Part shown: positions 28,041-40,850 of the stretch, one piece after another | How the letters are laid out: every line of letters begins with the position of its first letter | Numbering within the stretch: position 1 is the stretch's first letter | From: Octopus sinensis | Taxonomy: Eukaryota | Reading direction: 5' to 3' | Length of the DNA: 64,000 nucleotides | NCBI RefSeq assembly: GCF_006345805.1 | Contig: NW_021832852.1 | Span: 1-64,000, forward strand | Notes under the pieces: model-generated | The model's input: the letters and a program-made list of their open reading frames with translations, nothing else | Database searches by the model: none | Told to the model about the DNA's origin: nothing | Made by a program: the position numbers and the translations under genes

Positions 28041-28899
28041 AAACGTTTTTTTTAAACAGACTTTATATCATTGAACCCTATAAAGCAGTTTAGCTGTTTT
28101 TGGTAATAAAAAAGTATTAGATTTTGGTTTTTCTATTTTTTCTTCAATCTTACGACACAAAAATAGTGAGTTGAGTCACATAAAAAATGTAATCCGAAAC
28201 TAAACTTCATGGACGGGAAGCCGACGCGATCGAGAAATAATTAGAGCGTATTATCGCGAGGGATATCCGCTTGAAAAACCATCTTGATTCGCGGGCGTCG
28301 CCTGTGAGAGCAGAAATGCGGAAATAAGCTTTAAGTCAATAAAAAGAAAATGCTTAGTCAAAAAGAATAAACTCTTCAGCTATTCTTTTTCCATCGAGCA
28401 GAAAAATTCTCCTGATATTAAAATTGTGTTTAATTAGACTCCGGTACCTGAAGATATACCAAAAAGTTATTCATGTCGCTGGATTCTTTCCACAGAATCC
28501 AGTTAAGAAGAATCGGTAACATATTTTTTCCAGGAAGAGTATCAAATGAAAGTCTTTACAAGATGTGCAGTTCGCGGCCATAAGCATTGATGTGGGGAAA
28601 AGCGGGGAAGGGCCCTTTAAACACATTCTAAAAATGGATGAAAAAACACCTTGTAATATCTACTTCATAATAAAAGAGTTTACTGAATTCAGGGGAAGGT
28701 TTAAATATTAATCTAATAATTTGATTGTGTCCGAATCTGATATTTTCCAAGTAAAACAGTTGTCACAAGATCGCCTAGGTCAGGGGTCAGCAAATACTTT
28801 TGATGTTTTTTAGAAATTTAGAAAAATTGAAGAGTCACTTTTTACCACTCTTACAATTCGAAATTCTGTTTTACAGTCAAATCTCCCTAATTTACCACC

Positions 28900-29165
28900 T
28901 CTATGATTTGCCACTCTCTTTTTTACCAAAAAATTGAAATTCTGTTTTTCTTATGTTTTTTCTATTTTTACCACTTTTTTCATGTATAAATTCAAATGAA
29001 TTCAATTTATTGTTGCTAGATATAAACATAAAGTTAAACAGGAAAATATTATTGATTTTTGACAATTGTTTAAGTCATAAAATTAGTTATCACAGTAAAT
29101 TTATTGGAATATTATTCCATGTTGTGAACGAAATTGATTCCCAAAGACATGCTGAATTGTTATTT
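28900..29165 (+). mobile_element. pogo/Tigger DDE_1 fragment
   Basis: LNRKILLIFDNCLSH motif, compare RKILLILDNAGCH in the 59-60 kb element. Confidence 0.5.
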
Positions 29166-29179
29166 ATTCGCAGATGAGA

Positions 29180-29520
29180 CTTCCGATTCCTTGGGTGAAA
29201 AGGCAATCAGCTTTGTTCAGGAGATCTGGTCCCGGATTTGATAAAGATAATAGAGGCTGATTCTTTTTCTATTCCCCAATACAGAATTTTATTATATGGG
29301 TTGAATTGGAACACCACAGGGGGACTACCTATCTCCAGTTTTATTCATCATATACCTGGAGTCTACTGAAAGCTCTCAGAACTATTTCTGGAGAATTAAT
29401 GCCAATTGAATTATATGATACAGACTTTGTGTCAGAAAAAGATCTTTAACTTGTTTATGAAAAAAATTCATAACGAATTTAAGAACTGGTCCCTGCACGT
29501 TAATGAAGAAGTTCGATTTG
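29180..29520 (+). mobile_element. Old RTE-like RT remnant
   Basis: IGTPQGDYLSPVLFIIYLES and ...DTDFVSEKD...KNWSLHVNEE, matching GTPQGDSISPVLFIVYLE...KWFLKVNIEK of the 31.5 kb element. Confidence 0.6.
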
Positions 29521-31452
29521 TCTGTTAATGTGGCGAGTGAGTTGTCGTACTCACCCATAATGCAGAAACAACAACCCATCAATGTCATATTCTACTCATT
29601 ATTGGCATGCTTATGCTGTACACTGACGGCACAGGTTTGGGGGGTGGAGTGCATCTTCGTGCGATGGATCTGGTCGAGAATGTGTCTCCGGCAGTCGATA
29701 GAATTAAATTAGCATTTCGGACTTGTCCTTCAAGCTTAGGCCCATGCTTGGGTTTTTTATTTGGAAAATATTAGATTAGGGTTTATTTAAATGAAATTGA
29801 CGATTGAATGTTAAATAATACTGTTCACAATAAAAGCAAAATTGTCGAATTTAGGATTCACAATTATATTACAAATAAAAAATGTATTGTCTTTTTTATT
29901 TGTGTTTTTGGATCTTTCTTTGATTTTTAATATGAAAGAATTAAAAATTGATTTATTTTGAAAATCCGGGTTTTAATGTTTAATTTAAATGTATTAGTAA
30001 TTCATGTCGTTGTTTTGTATTGTTAATGTATTTCAAACAATTTTTCTAATACGTGAATTTTAGGTTGCTGATTAAAATGCACTAAATATTTTAGCGCATG
30101 TTTAAACAAGGCGAGTTTAATTTATATTACTTATTATGTCATTTTTGCAATTTATATTAAGTAAAAATTTCATTACTGATCGATCGAATCGAGGTTTTCT
30201 TTTGAAATTTCTATAAAATAAAAATAAATTGTTTAACTAAATCTCCAAAGAGGCTAATCCGATATTTGTTTTTATAATCTTTTTTTTATTAAATCGTTTA
30301 TTCTCGAGAACACAAATGGTCACATCCATCCATAATTGTTCGATTTAATTCTTTTAATAGCCATTTTCTTATACACGTTTACATCCTGATTTTAACTAAG
30401 TCAAAATTAGTCAATTTAAATTTGATTAACTTTTTTGAAGTTTATTTACTGTCGGAACAAATTACTTGTTTTCTGACAAACATTTTATTTTTGATATCAA
30501 GTGAAAATTCAAATCACCGCCCACATAATTTTGGTTCTTATATTAAAATAAAAAAGCTCAAACATTATCTAGAAGAAATAGTTGATAAGATGCTAGCGCC
30601 TTATCAAAAGTAGCGTTAATGCCAGTTGTCAATGTAACACCACAGAAAGGTGGAATCTTCAATTATGATAAACAAATGAAATTCAGTCTCAAAAACCAAA
30701 AAAAGTGCAGATCCTGCAATACAGAAAAGTATCCAGGATGTAAATAATAAAAAACCAACTTACTTTTTGACAAACTCGAGAGAGACTCACCCCCAAAACC
30801 AGAACTAATCAGGATAATCTTTATAAATACCCTTCTCTCAGACAACGAGCACCAGCTGATTGGTTAACCAGCGTCATTAAGATGAATTTTTGAGTAATAA
30901 ATAAACTAATCTTTCTGCAATTAGAAAAAACATATTCTGCCTAAATGAGTTCACAGTCTCAAAAATACCAATTTATAGTACAGAATCGAGAAAGTCCTAA
31001 TAACTGTAACTCGTTAAAAAATAAGCCAATCAAGGATGGACTACTCTGAATAACGCGCTTAAGAACAAACCGAAAATACTGATAAAATCTAATTCCGTTA
31101 ATAACTACCGACTTGTGTATCTTGTTTTTAATATTACTTAACCAATTTGATAATCAAAAGTCATTCGAAAACACTTAGTATAATTTTAATCATTACGAAG
31201 TTTTAAAATTCGGGTACATTTTCATCCAGACACGAGTTCACTCAAAACAACAAAAATCTTAAAAATAAATAAAATCGACTAGAAGCAATATGACATTAAA
31301 ACTGTGAAAGTTTCTTTTTTAAGCCCGGGTTTTTATTTATGAGAACTATCAGGTCAAAAACCACAGAAAAGCAATTTTTACTTCATGGACCAACAGAGTA
31401 GGCAATCTTGGAGACTCTTGAAATAATTCAGCTTAGTGTTTGACTAATGAAA

Positions 31453-32921
31453 TTATTATTATTATTAGCACTGTCATAGGAACATAATGTAATTTAAACT
31501 AATTAAGTTCCCACATGTGCCACATATGAGACTATCTTTTCGGTCATAATTTTCCATGATGTGCGGTTGTATGCTATACTCCTGAGAGTATCTAGGTCGT
31601 CTCCATTTTTCAGTTGTCTTTTAACGCGTTGTAGTTCTTTTGAGATTACAATAGGTAATGTATTTCGTGGGCGTCCTCGGGACGCAGATCTTTCGTCCTT
31701 TGCGTAATATGATTCCATTGCCCAGTTAGCATAAACATCCTGGTCGAGTCTTAGAATGTGGCCCAATAGGCGCCAACGTGCTTCGGTAATGTCCACACTG
31801 ACGGGTCTGCTGTTGCAGATATTGTATAGGGTGGAGTTCTTGATTTTCTTTGGCCAGTTGATGCCAATAAGAATTCTTAACTGTCTTCTATGGAATGCAT
31901 CAAGAGATTTTGATTCAGACTCAGATATTCCCCATGTTCCTCCGTTGTACAAAAGTATGGGTTTAATAAAAGCATTGTATAATTTGGCACGTAAGGCCGT
32001 TCCAACCTCGCGGTTTCGTAGCCAAGTGGTCCGCAGTTTGTTAAGTGCAACAGTCGATAGCATCTTTCTCCTCATAATGTCTTCACTATCTCCTAAAAGA
32101 GTTCCAACTTTTTTCGAGTTTCGCCATTTTTCGTCTGTTCTATTTGCCTCCCGGTTGATTGTTACATATTCGGTTTTTTCTATGTTCACTTTTAAGAACC
32201 ATTTTTCCAGTGCCTGGGGAGCAATGTTCAGCAGTTCTTCGAGTGTCGACTTATCATGAGACAAAAAGTCTACATCGTCGGCATATATCACTTCAGTTAT
32301 TGAAGTAGTCTTCACTAGTTTTCTCAGATCTCTTAGTGCCGCTTCAAGATAGACAATGAATAGTACAGGTGATATTGAATCACCTTGGGGCGTTCCAATG
32401 CTTGTTTTGAAAGATCTTGATTGTACGGGTCCGATCTTCACCGTTAACTCGGTGTCTATAAGTAGTGCTCGAACCATTCTGATCGAGTCATTGTCAAGAA
32501 TAGTTTTGAGGATCTCCATTAGCTTGTCTCTGCGGATTGTATCAAATGCCCTGCTCATATCAATGCCCATATTGTGGTCGCCATTTTAAATTTCTGAGAT
32601 ATGGCACAGATCCATCTATGTCCCCATACTACATCTGCAGTTGATCGCCCAGGCCTGAATCCACTTTGGCTAGCCGACAGATATTCATTAACAGGGTCCT
32701 TAATACGTTCCAGTGTTACGAGCGAGAAGATTTTCCTTATTGTGTTCAAGAGTATGATTGGGCGAATGTTGTTAAGAGGACCTTGCGGCTTGTTGGGTTT
32801 TTGGAGAGGAATTAGCGTTCCTTTCCCAATAGGCGGTATGGTATTTCCATGGAACATCTCGTTCAGGAGATTTGTGATTATAGTTGAGATCTCCATTGGG
32901 GAGTACTTTATCAATTCACCG
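31453..32921 (-). mobile_element. 5'-truncated RTE/RTEX-like non-LTR retrotransposon with (TAA)5 tail and perfect 13-bp TSD
   Basis: RT motifs IRPIILLN, QSGFRPGRST, GIDMSRAFDTI, GTPQGDSISP, YADDVDF; one frameshift near 32570; TSD TTGACTAATGAAA at 31440-31452 and 32922-32934. Confidence 0.93.
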
Positions 32922-33047
32922 TTGACTAATGAAAGAAGAGATAAAAACAATTTTTTTTCTTTTTCAAAGCAAATAACTAAAATTAAATTTTTGTGAATAT
33001 TTTTTAATCAAATATTTAAAATAAAATTCCCTTATTCTTGTTGTGGT

Positions 33048-34076
33048 ATGGAAAATTCAACAGAAGATTGTCTAAACAATTGTTTGGAGTCTGACCAGTC
33101 AAACAAAACCTCAGACAGCCAGACTAACCTCAAAATCACATCATTCAACTACAAATCACCCCTCAGTCGGGAAGATAGGCAATTAATAATATCACATTTT
33201 AGTACTCGACATATTCTTGTAGACACACAAAACGACGGTTTATTTAATAAGATAATCTTTTAGACACAAACCTGATCCAAGTATGAGGGCATTAAGCATT
33301 TCTGTAGTCCCCAAAGCCCCTCTCCAGCTCAATATTCCGGGATTTTGACCCTCTCCACATTCCTACTCCAGAAAATGGCGATCCTTTTATAGCTTCCAGC
33401 ACAAACCTCAATTCGATAGAATTTCCCGCCATTTCTGACTTCCCGGAGCAGTCTCCTGAGGTGAATGTCCCTAAAAGGACTCTGGCAGACCAGCTTTTAG
33501 CACTGTATAAATCAACGACCCTTGAAATTATGGGTTTGGAGTTTTTTTGCCAAAAAATAGACAAATATGAGTCGGAGGTTGCGAAATGGCGAGAATCTGA
33601 GCTCAATTTGAAGAAAAACGTGGAATGTATGAAGAATGACTACACGGCACTGGAAGCCTCATTTCATAACCTCCACGACCGATTTGAGAAGGCTCGTGGT
33701 CTCCTGGTAGAGTCTGAGCAAGTTTGGGAGAGGGGTCTATTCGATAGGCTCGGTCAGAACTGGAGTCGACGAATGGCTTGTTGAACAAAGAAGTAGAAAA
33801 ACTGACAGAAAAATATAATTTGTTGTTGGAGAAGGCGCAGAATAAGCTTGAGGAGTTAGGATGGGTGTATTATGGTTGTAGGGCTAATTCGGCTATTTGT
33901 GAAATGGGCAATCAACATAGCACTGATGTGGCTGCTGTCGAGGAAAATTATCGCAAGATTGAGATGAAGAATGCCTATTTGGTGAGTTGTCTCAATGCCA
34001 AGGTTTTCTGATTTTCAAATCTCAGGAAGCCGAGTTGGCCCAAATAAAGACAATTTTTAACCAATATATGACCTAA
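33048..34076 (+). CDS. TACC: TACC-domain (transforming acidic coiled-coil) protein, multi-exon
   Basis: C-terminal coiled coil NDYTALEASFHNLHDRFEKARGLL...KYNLLLEKAQNKLE|ANSAI...AAVEENYRKIEMKNAYL...AELAQIKTIFNQYMT follows the TACC pattern DLNSVEKSLADLFRRYEK...RYQALKVHAEEKLDRANAEI...LRKEQLRVDAL. Confidence 0.72.
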
Positions 34077-34094
34077 GTTCATTCTGTTTTAAAT

Positions 34095-35035
34095 GCTTTT
34101 CTATAATTCGTTCATGTATCTTTAATGGAGAGTGGATAGCTTTTAAATACCCAAAGATTTAGTAAAGAGTCGCGGATTTGATAATGAAATTACACAAAGA
34201 ACAAAAAACTATATCAGAAGAGGGTTAGAACAAGTTTAATATTAGTAAAATTAAAAAATGTAATTATTCGGTGTCGATCATGAATTTATCATTAATGTTA
34301 ATTAATTATCATATTTAACGGCTGTTTAAAATGATTGAATATCTGAAATAAATTTTTCATTATGAATGATAAAAAGAGAATAATTATTAATCTAACTAAT
34401 TTTTTTGATTTTTGCTTTGATAAAATAGTTTGACTTGAATAAGACACAATTTCAATGGATAACTCTCAAATGCGTATTTAGTTGACTAAAAACACAATTT
34501 CATTTCAGTATCTTGCTACTAATGGGAGAGTGGATAGTTTTTAAATGCCCATTCAGTTCACTTGAATGAGACAAAATTTGTCTATTTTGTTGACCAAAAT
34601 GATACACAATTTCATTCAACTATCTTACTACTAATGGAAGAGGATAGCTCTCAATAAATGCCCATTTAGTTGACTAGAATAGCACACAAGTTGCCTATTT
34701 AGTTGACTTGAATGAGACACGATTTCATTTAAGTATTTTACTACTAATGGGAGAGGAGAGCTCTCAATAAATGCTTATATAGCTGACTTGATTGAGACAC
34801 AATTTTATTCAACTATCTTGCTTTTCTATAATTCGTTATTCGTTCATGTATCTTTAATGGAGAGTGGATAGCTCTCAATAAATGCCTATTCAGTTCACGT
34901 GAATGAGACAAAATTTTGTCTATTCAGTTCACTTCGGACTCTCCTTCCTACTCTCGATTAGTCACAACTAATGGGAGAGGATATCTCTTATGCCTATTTA
35001 ATTGACTAGAATGAGACACAATTTGTTTATTTTGT
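34095..35035. repeat. Degenerate compound tandem array, period ~110-114 bp, between the convergent TACC and WDR33 3' ends
   Basis: TAATGG(G)AGAG(T)GGATAGCTCTC cores at 34520, 34632, 34745, 34855 and 34969 plus an orphan at 34123; recurrent CTATTTAGTTGACTTGAATGAGACACAATTT modules. Confidence 0.8.
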
Positions 35036-35052
35036 TACCGAATATACAAAAA

Positions 35053-36693
35053 CTAATAAGGACGGTCATTGAACTCTCCCAGGTTGCTTTGATGACTGTC
35101 ATCTACAACATTATAAACAATCCAAACAATAATCCCCACGAAACTGGCCATAGTTCATTCCATCTATCATATAAACACAAATAAATACACGAAGGACCAG
35201 AAAAGCGAGAACCAGATGGCCGACTGTAAACAGGAACCGGCCTCCGAGGAACCTCGAGTGGCTCAGTCCCCTCCAAACCAGGTATTTTCCCCACATATTT
35301 ACAATTTTGCATATCACTGAGAATAGTCAGCACATCTGACTCTCCTTCCTCCTCTCGATTAGTCCCTCCATTGGCCACAAACTCAAGCTGAGATTGATCC
35401 CCAGGCTGATAACGCGTCCAGAACTTAATAGAATGGTCATTCGACCCAGAAACAAGCAAATGGCCAAGAGGATGCCACGACAGTGACCACACAGTACTGT
35501 CATGGGCGTCCTGCACCACCCCAATCTCCTTCTCAGTCCCCACCGACCAGTAGAAAATAGACCCATCATTCCCCCCACTCGCAAATACATCCCCATAAAG
35601 CGGATGCCACTCCAATACTACAACTCCCCCAATAAGGGTACCACTCACTTCCTTCTTGTGCCCCACAAATGACTGAATTGGCACACTCAGCTTCCTCGTA
35701 TCAAATAATTTGATCGTCCTGTCCTCCGATCCCGACAGTAGTCGATTCCCGTCCACACTCCACCGGACATGAGTCACCCCTGCCTTATGCACGTGACTAA
35801 ACCCTCCTATATATATTTCTACAGTGTCCTCAGACTAGTCTCAGTCCGGGGGTCCCAAAACTTGATTGGACGTTGGGAATCCCTACTTCCGGAGACGAGG
35901 AGCCCCATTTGAGGGTGCCAATCCACGGAGGACACATCCGCTCCGTGTTCTACACTCCCCATACCACGGAATACCACGGAATATCCTCTCTTCTCGACAG
36001 GATATGAAATCCCAGACCCTCACTGTCCCATCGTTGGAGGAGGAGGCGAATTTGACGTCGTTGGGGGAGAAGGACAGTGATCTGACTGACTCCTTGTGGG
36101 CCTGGAACATTTTTACGTTGTTCATGTTGGGCTGCCAGTATTTAAGGAAGCCCAGACTGTCCCCCGAGACCAGCCAGTTGTCGTTGTGACTCCACGCCAT
36201 TGCCTGAATTGCCTCATCGTGGGCCTACTGCTTTAAAATATCACCAACTTGCAAAATTGTCTCGAAATTGAAAACCAGGCCATTCCAGAGGGTGAATTCT
36301 CCACTGGCCGAGCCTGTGGTCAATCTCCGGCCATCGGGAGTCCACTAGTCATATTTAGCCCACTGACCATGACAGTGTAGATTGGACACCTCTTCTTGTT
36401 GGTGGCTTGTTTGACAAATCGAGTGCACGTGACTGAGACTGCACTGGATAGAGAAGGGCAGGGCTTTCTTGTCTGGTTGTTTTATTTGTTTTTATTACTT
36501 GGAAGGCGTATAATTCGTTTGGTTGAATGCACTGCTTTCTTCGGCCTGGGAATTTTGAGATGTGTCTGTTTTGTACATAGTAGAGGGCAGAGGAGTTATA
36601 GTCGATTGTTTTACGGTATAATGACTTTCTTAAACGTTTTCCGTCGAAGGTCAGTTTTACGTTTGGCCGGGAAATGGAATCTTCTGTTATCAT
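35053..36693 (-). CDS. WDR33: Pre-mRNA 3'-end processing factor WDR33 (Pfs2), short form
   Basis: [50 protein letters not shown]|[51 protein letters not shown]. Confidence 0.95.
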
Positions 36694-36909
36694 TTTTTTG
36701 TTGTACCACTACGATTAATAAAATTGTTTTATTTATTTTTAATATATTTTATTATTTGTTGTAATATAATATTTACTTTTTACTAATACTTATAAAATTA
36801 AATTAACACTTTATTAAAATTTAAAATAAACAATTTTTCTTTATTTTAATGTAGTTATTTTTTACAATAAATAATATAAAGTTAAAAAATTTATATAAAA
36901 ATTAAACAA

Positions 36910-38280
36910 CTAAAATAAAATAAATATATCAATATTCATCAGATGATTCTTGTGGTGCCATCTATTATAGTCACAAAACAAGCTCACTCGAATACTACTG
37001 GGACGAGCCTGAGACCTGATATACAAACTATCAACATGTGATGACTGTCCCCACCCAGTCCCATCAATATCTCTGTGTCCTGCATGATACACAGTCCCCG
37101 GAACAATCCTCCCAACTTCAACAAAGTCAACAGACTTGACTGACTTAACCATTCTCACAAGCTTGGAGGGAAAATTCCCGACTTGCAAAGTTCTGAGATT
37201 CTGCCCCCTCCACTCATAGTCATCCCTCCAATCAATCACAGCAATACAGTCACGTGCTGTCACCTTCAGCCCCCTCTCCCACCTGTCCTTTGCCTCAACC
37301 ACTGGAATACACATCTACACTCAATATACCACTCATTACATCATTTAGTTGTAGAATTAATGATATAAATGAAGGTCTCTTCCTTGAGACCCAAATCCGC
37401 TTAAGGATGCCTTCTAAGGGGAAAGGACAGGTGTCGTTCTTAGGGAGTGTCTTCTCTTTGTGTGCCACCAACAATTCTTGGGGACTGAAGCCTTCCCAGG
37501 GGGGTGTTTTATGTGCAAATATTTCCCAAACAGTCACTCCAAATGACCACACGTCACCATCTTTGGTTATTCTAGAACATTCTAGAAGTTCTGGGGCTCG
37601 CCAGGCTGGGTTGTTGAGAGAGAAGTCACATGGGAGGTAATAATCGGTTATTTTGACCACATTTACTGGAGAAAGAAGGACTTGGCTGGCAGAGAGAGAG
37701 CCATGGATAATATTATTGATATGTAGAAAGGCCATTCCACTGGCTATTTGTCTTGAAAAGTGTAGGAGTCTGTTTATTGGGGGGAGAATAGGCTGATCAT
37801 TCAGAAATTCTCTAAGGGTCCCCCCTTGGATAAATGTGGTGATTATGAGGAGTGGGGATTCGACTGTTAGGCCTATTAACTGGACTAAATTGGCATGTTC
37901 CAGACTAATGAACATATTTCTGTCCAGTTTTGAGGGTTTTGTGTCAATAGATTTGACTGCCACTCTCATTCCGGCCATAAATCCTTCATGGACAGTCGTG
38001 CTCTGTCCACTGCCGATGAGGCGTGTGTATGTTATGTCCTCATGTGGCACACAAATGACGGAATCAGCAGATGTGGATTGGTTTATTGCTTTTATTAATA
38101 TTCGTGCAGAATTCTTGTTTATTCCCACTGATTTGATGAGTTTAATACTCAGTTGAGAATGTCTATTGGTATAAGAGGGTGGGTGTACTCGGAGATTTTA
38201 CTTTTGAGAGGATAGTAGTGGTGGAGGAGGCCTAATTTGGCCATTGTGTATTTTAGAGTAGATTTGTCAACTGATGACAT
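36910..38280 (-). CDS. TNK2: ACK1/TNK2-family protein (SAM-like, kinase-like, SH3, CRIB) with a degenerate catalytic site
   Basis: After a 25-nt intron the kinase continues into VTARDCIAVIDWRDDYEWRGQNLRTLQVGNFPS (ACK SH3: WWRGQNTRTLCVGPFP) and VPGTVYHAGHRDIDGTGWGQSSHVDSLY (ACK CRIB: NSFIHTGHGD..CWGFPDRIDELY). A kinase-then-SH3-CRIB order is ACK-specific. Confidence 0.85.
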
Positions 38281-38592
38281 CAAGGCACTGATTAGATACC
38301 ACAAAATAGTGTATTTTTTTCGGATTAAGTTTTATTTTATTCTAAATATTGAACAATTTTTTAATTTATTTTTATTTTTAAATAATTTGTTTTTTTGTGA
38401 TTACACTTTGTAAATAAATTATAATTTATAACTCACGTGCTGGCTATTTTCATTAAGTCACAGGAAAAACCATTTTTTAATCTACAGTTGAAACTTTCTT
38501 AATTTTATTCTGAGAATATTTTTTAGTTTATAAAAAAAATATTTATGATGTTTATGAAAACCCAGAAAATTGATATTAGTATATTTTAATGG

Positions 38593-39092
38593 TTAATAGG
38601 GTGTTCTGTTATTATAGTTGTCGGGAATGGAAAAGTGACAAAGTCCTGGTCCTCTGCGGCATTTGTCCTTGTATGACATTCTGTGTTGTTGTACTTTCTA
38701 TTTAAATTCAAAAAATAGCAAAACCTCATAAAATTCGTTCATTTCGGCCATTTTTTTGGGGGACGAATTTAAAAAGTCGAAATAATTTTTAGGGAAATTA
38801 GCTTTTCGAGTGTTTTGTCGTGCTTCCCAAACAAGGTTGGGTCTGTTTGTGAAATACGTGGGAATCGACCCTCCTTTAATACTCCCAGACTCCTCCACGC
38901 ATTTGAGACGATTATAAATAAAATAATCCGCACTTATATTCCCAAATGTATCCCCAAAACGATACTTTGTTGTCGGCACGTGTCCTAGGTAGCTGCCATG
39001 GCTTAGTTAGTTCACATTTACCCCGGCATTTGACTTGGAATGCAGTAAGTGGATTTATAAGTCGTTTCAGCGTTCTTCTTTGCCTCGCACAT
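38593..39092 (-). CDS. CIMIP2C: Ciliary microtubule inner protein 2C-like (FAM166C/C2orf70); introns of 29 and 27 nt
   Basis: Spliced product ...YCIPSQMPG|YLGHVPTTKYRFGDTFGNISADYF...GGSIPTYFTNRPNLVWEARQNTR...EMNEFYE|KVQQHRMSYKDK, against recalled human C2orf70 LMPGYQGHVPTVAFSFGAPYG...GGHFPTIFSTNPNLL..ERASTR...ELTNFYQMVQQHRKYYQDK. Confidence 0.8.
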
Positions 39093-39239
39093 TATTTACT
39101 TATGTTTCCATGGGTATTCCGATTTATGAAAATAGTCCATTTTTATTAATTTGATAAAAATAAGCTTTTTTATTAAACAGGTTTGGAAAAAATTGTGTGA
39201 AATATCACAAAACTGGAAAGCCTAAACTTTCAATATGGC

Positions 39240-40600
39240 CGGAATATTTTAACTTCTTGTCTCAAGGAACTGGAAACCTTCAAAAATAATGCACGAATGT
39301 GTCTGGCTGTTTAGAGAAAGAAAAGAAGCTCCAAATTTCAGCTCTCAACCAACAAAGGAACTGTAATATCGTACTCGGGGGAACAGGCGAAGCTTATAGC
39401 GGATTTATTTTAACAACACTGAGCCAATTTTGTTTTGCTCTGGCTCACTGCGATTCCTGAGGAATATAATCACTTGCCGGAGTTTACAAAGGCAGTTAGC
39501 AGGCTTAAAAACAATCGACGACATCAATGCGAAGCTTCTGAAATACGGACCATTTTAGACCTAATTTCTATAAAATCTTATTCCTTGTCTAAATATAGAA
39601 ATTTGGAACATTAAGAATATACTCAACGATATGTTTGTCACAAACGACTTACTCCTGCTTGGCTCTGGGGTCCTAATTCCTATTTAAAAGTCGGACAAGT
39701 CCGTTGGCCCAGTAGAAAACCTCTGCCCAGTCATTCTGCTGAACTGCCTCAGGAAGATTCTCTCATTGATTGTGCTGGATTGAATCAAGGACAGATTTTT
39801 GTCTCCAAATCACAATGGTTTAAAGAAGGACGTTCAACTGCAGACGTCTGTGGAGTCACCGATGGCGGTTCACAACACACCAAAGATATAAAAAGGCATC
39901 AATATGTCAAAAGCGTTGACTCCATCCGTCGAGATTTACTCATGAAGAGTTTAAACGAAGATGACATCAAAATGATAAGAGTATTACTAACAAAGACGAA
40001 ACTTGCTGTTCGTCTTGGAACAACATCGTCCAGACCTTTCCTGACAAATGTGGGAACCTCTCAAGGCGACTTTCTCTTGCCTCTGCTGTTTGTGATCTAC
40101 TTCAAGGCTGCCTTGCGAGATTTGAGAAGTCTATATGGTGCAAATCACCAAACTAATTTACGCTGATGACTTTGTGTCGACCGACTATTGGTGATTGCAC
40201 CTGGAAAATGGTTTCTAATTATGAACAAAACCGATGTCACCTTCGAATAGCCAGCTTATGGAGACTGTCGAAAAAGCTTGGCTCACTGCTTGGAGACCGG
40301 GAGAACATAATGCGCAGAAGAACTCTGGACGCTGCTGGTATAAAAACCGTCATAAAAAACTGGCTAAGAAATTGACCTCTCACTACGCTCAGAATCTACA
40401 ATGCCTTTGTAAAACCCGTCTTAATGTATAATTCATCTACATGGGGCATTTCTGATACCGAACTAAGGAACAAACTGACGGCTGTTCTGCAACATGAAAA
40501 ACCCTAAACAATTGCGATGATCTGGACGAACTCTGCAGACAGGCCCAAATCCGCAGAAAGCGGAAAACGGTGGTTAAGCAGGTCGTATCATATGTGGCAC
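39240..40600 (+). mobile_element. Older degenerate copy of the same RTE-like family as 31453-32921
   Basis: VDSIRRDLLMK, TNVGTSQGDFLLPLLFVIYFKAALRDLR, KKLGSLLGDRENIMRRR; 3' end CATATGTGGCAC shared with the 31.5 kb copy. Confidence 0.8.
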
Positions 40601-40850
40601 GTGAATATGACTTATTCTGTTCTTGTTCCTATGGGAAGTGCTATAACAACAATGGCACGTGCTAAAAATTCATATGTCAAAAATAAAAAAATTGTCCTAA
40701 TTTGTTGGTATATGGTATACAATGATACAAAAAAAGAACAAAACACAAAAATAAGATTCTATCTCTCCCCCTTATATCTCCTGTCCAAAAATCACCAAGT
40801 CCTCTCAAAAAATAAAAAACAAATAAGAGCATAATAATCAAACAAACAAA

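Noticed and set aside
28200-28800. GC-richer degenerate segment ending in a hAT-like TIR (CAGGGGTCAGCAAA, 28781)
   Set aside because: No matching second TIR and no recognisable ORF.
29207-29745. Small minus-strand gene suggested by ORF 29382-29588
   Set aside because: Much of it is the antisense of an RTE remnant; the remaining GC-rich 29520-29750 part gave no coherent model.
34095-35035. CRISPR array
   Set aside because: The repeats are degenerate and the variable parts are local copies; reported as a templated-insertion array instead.
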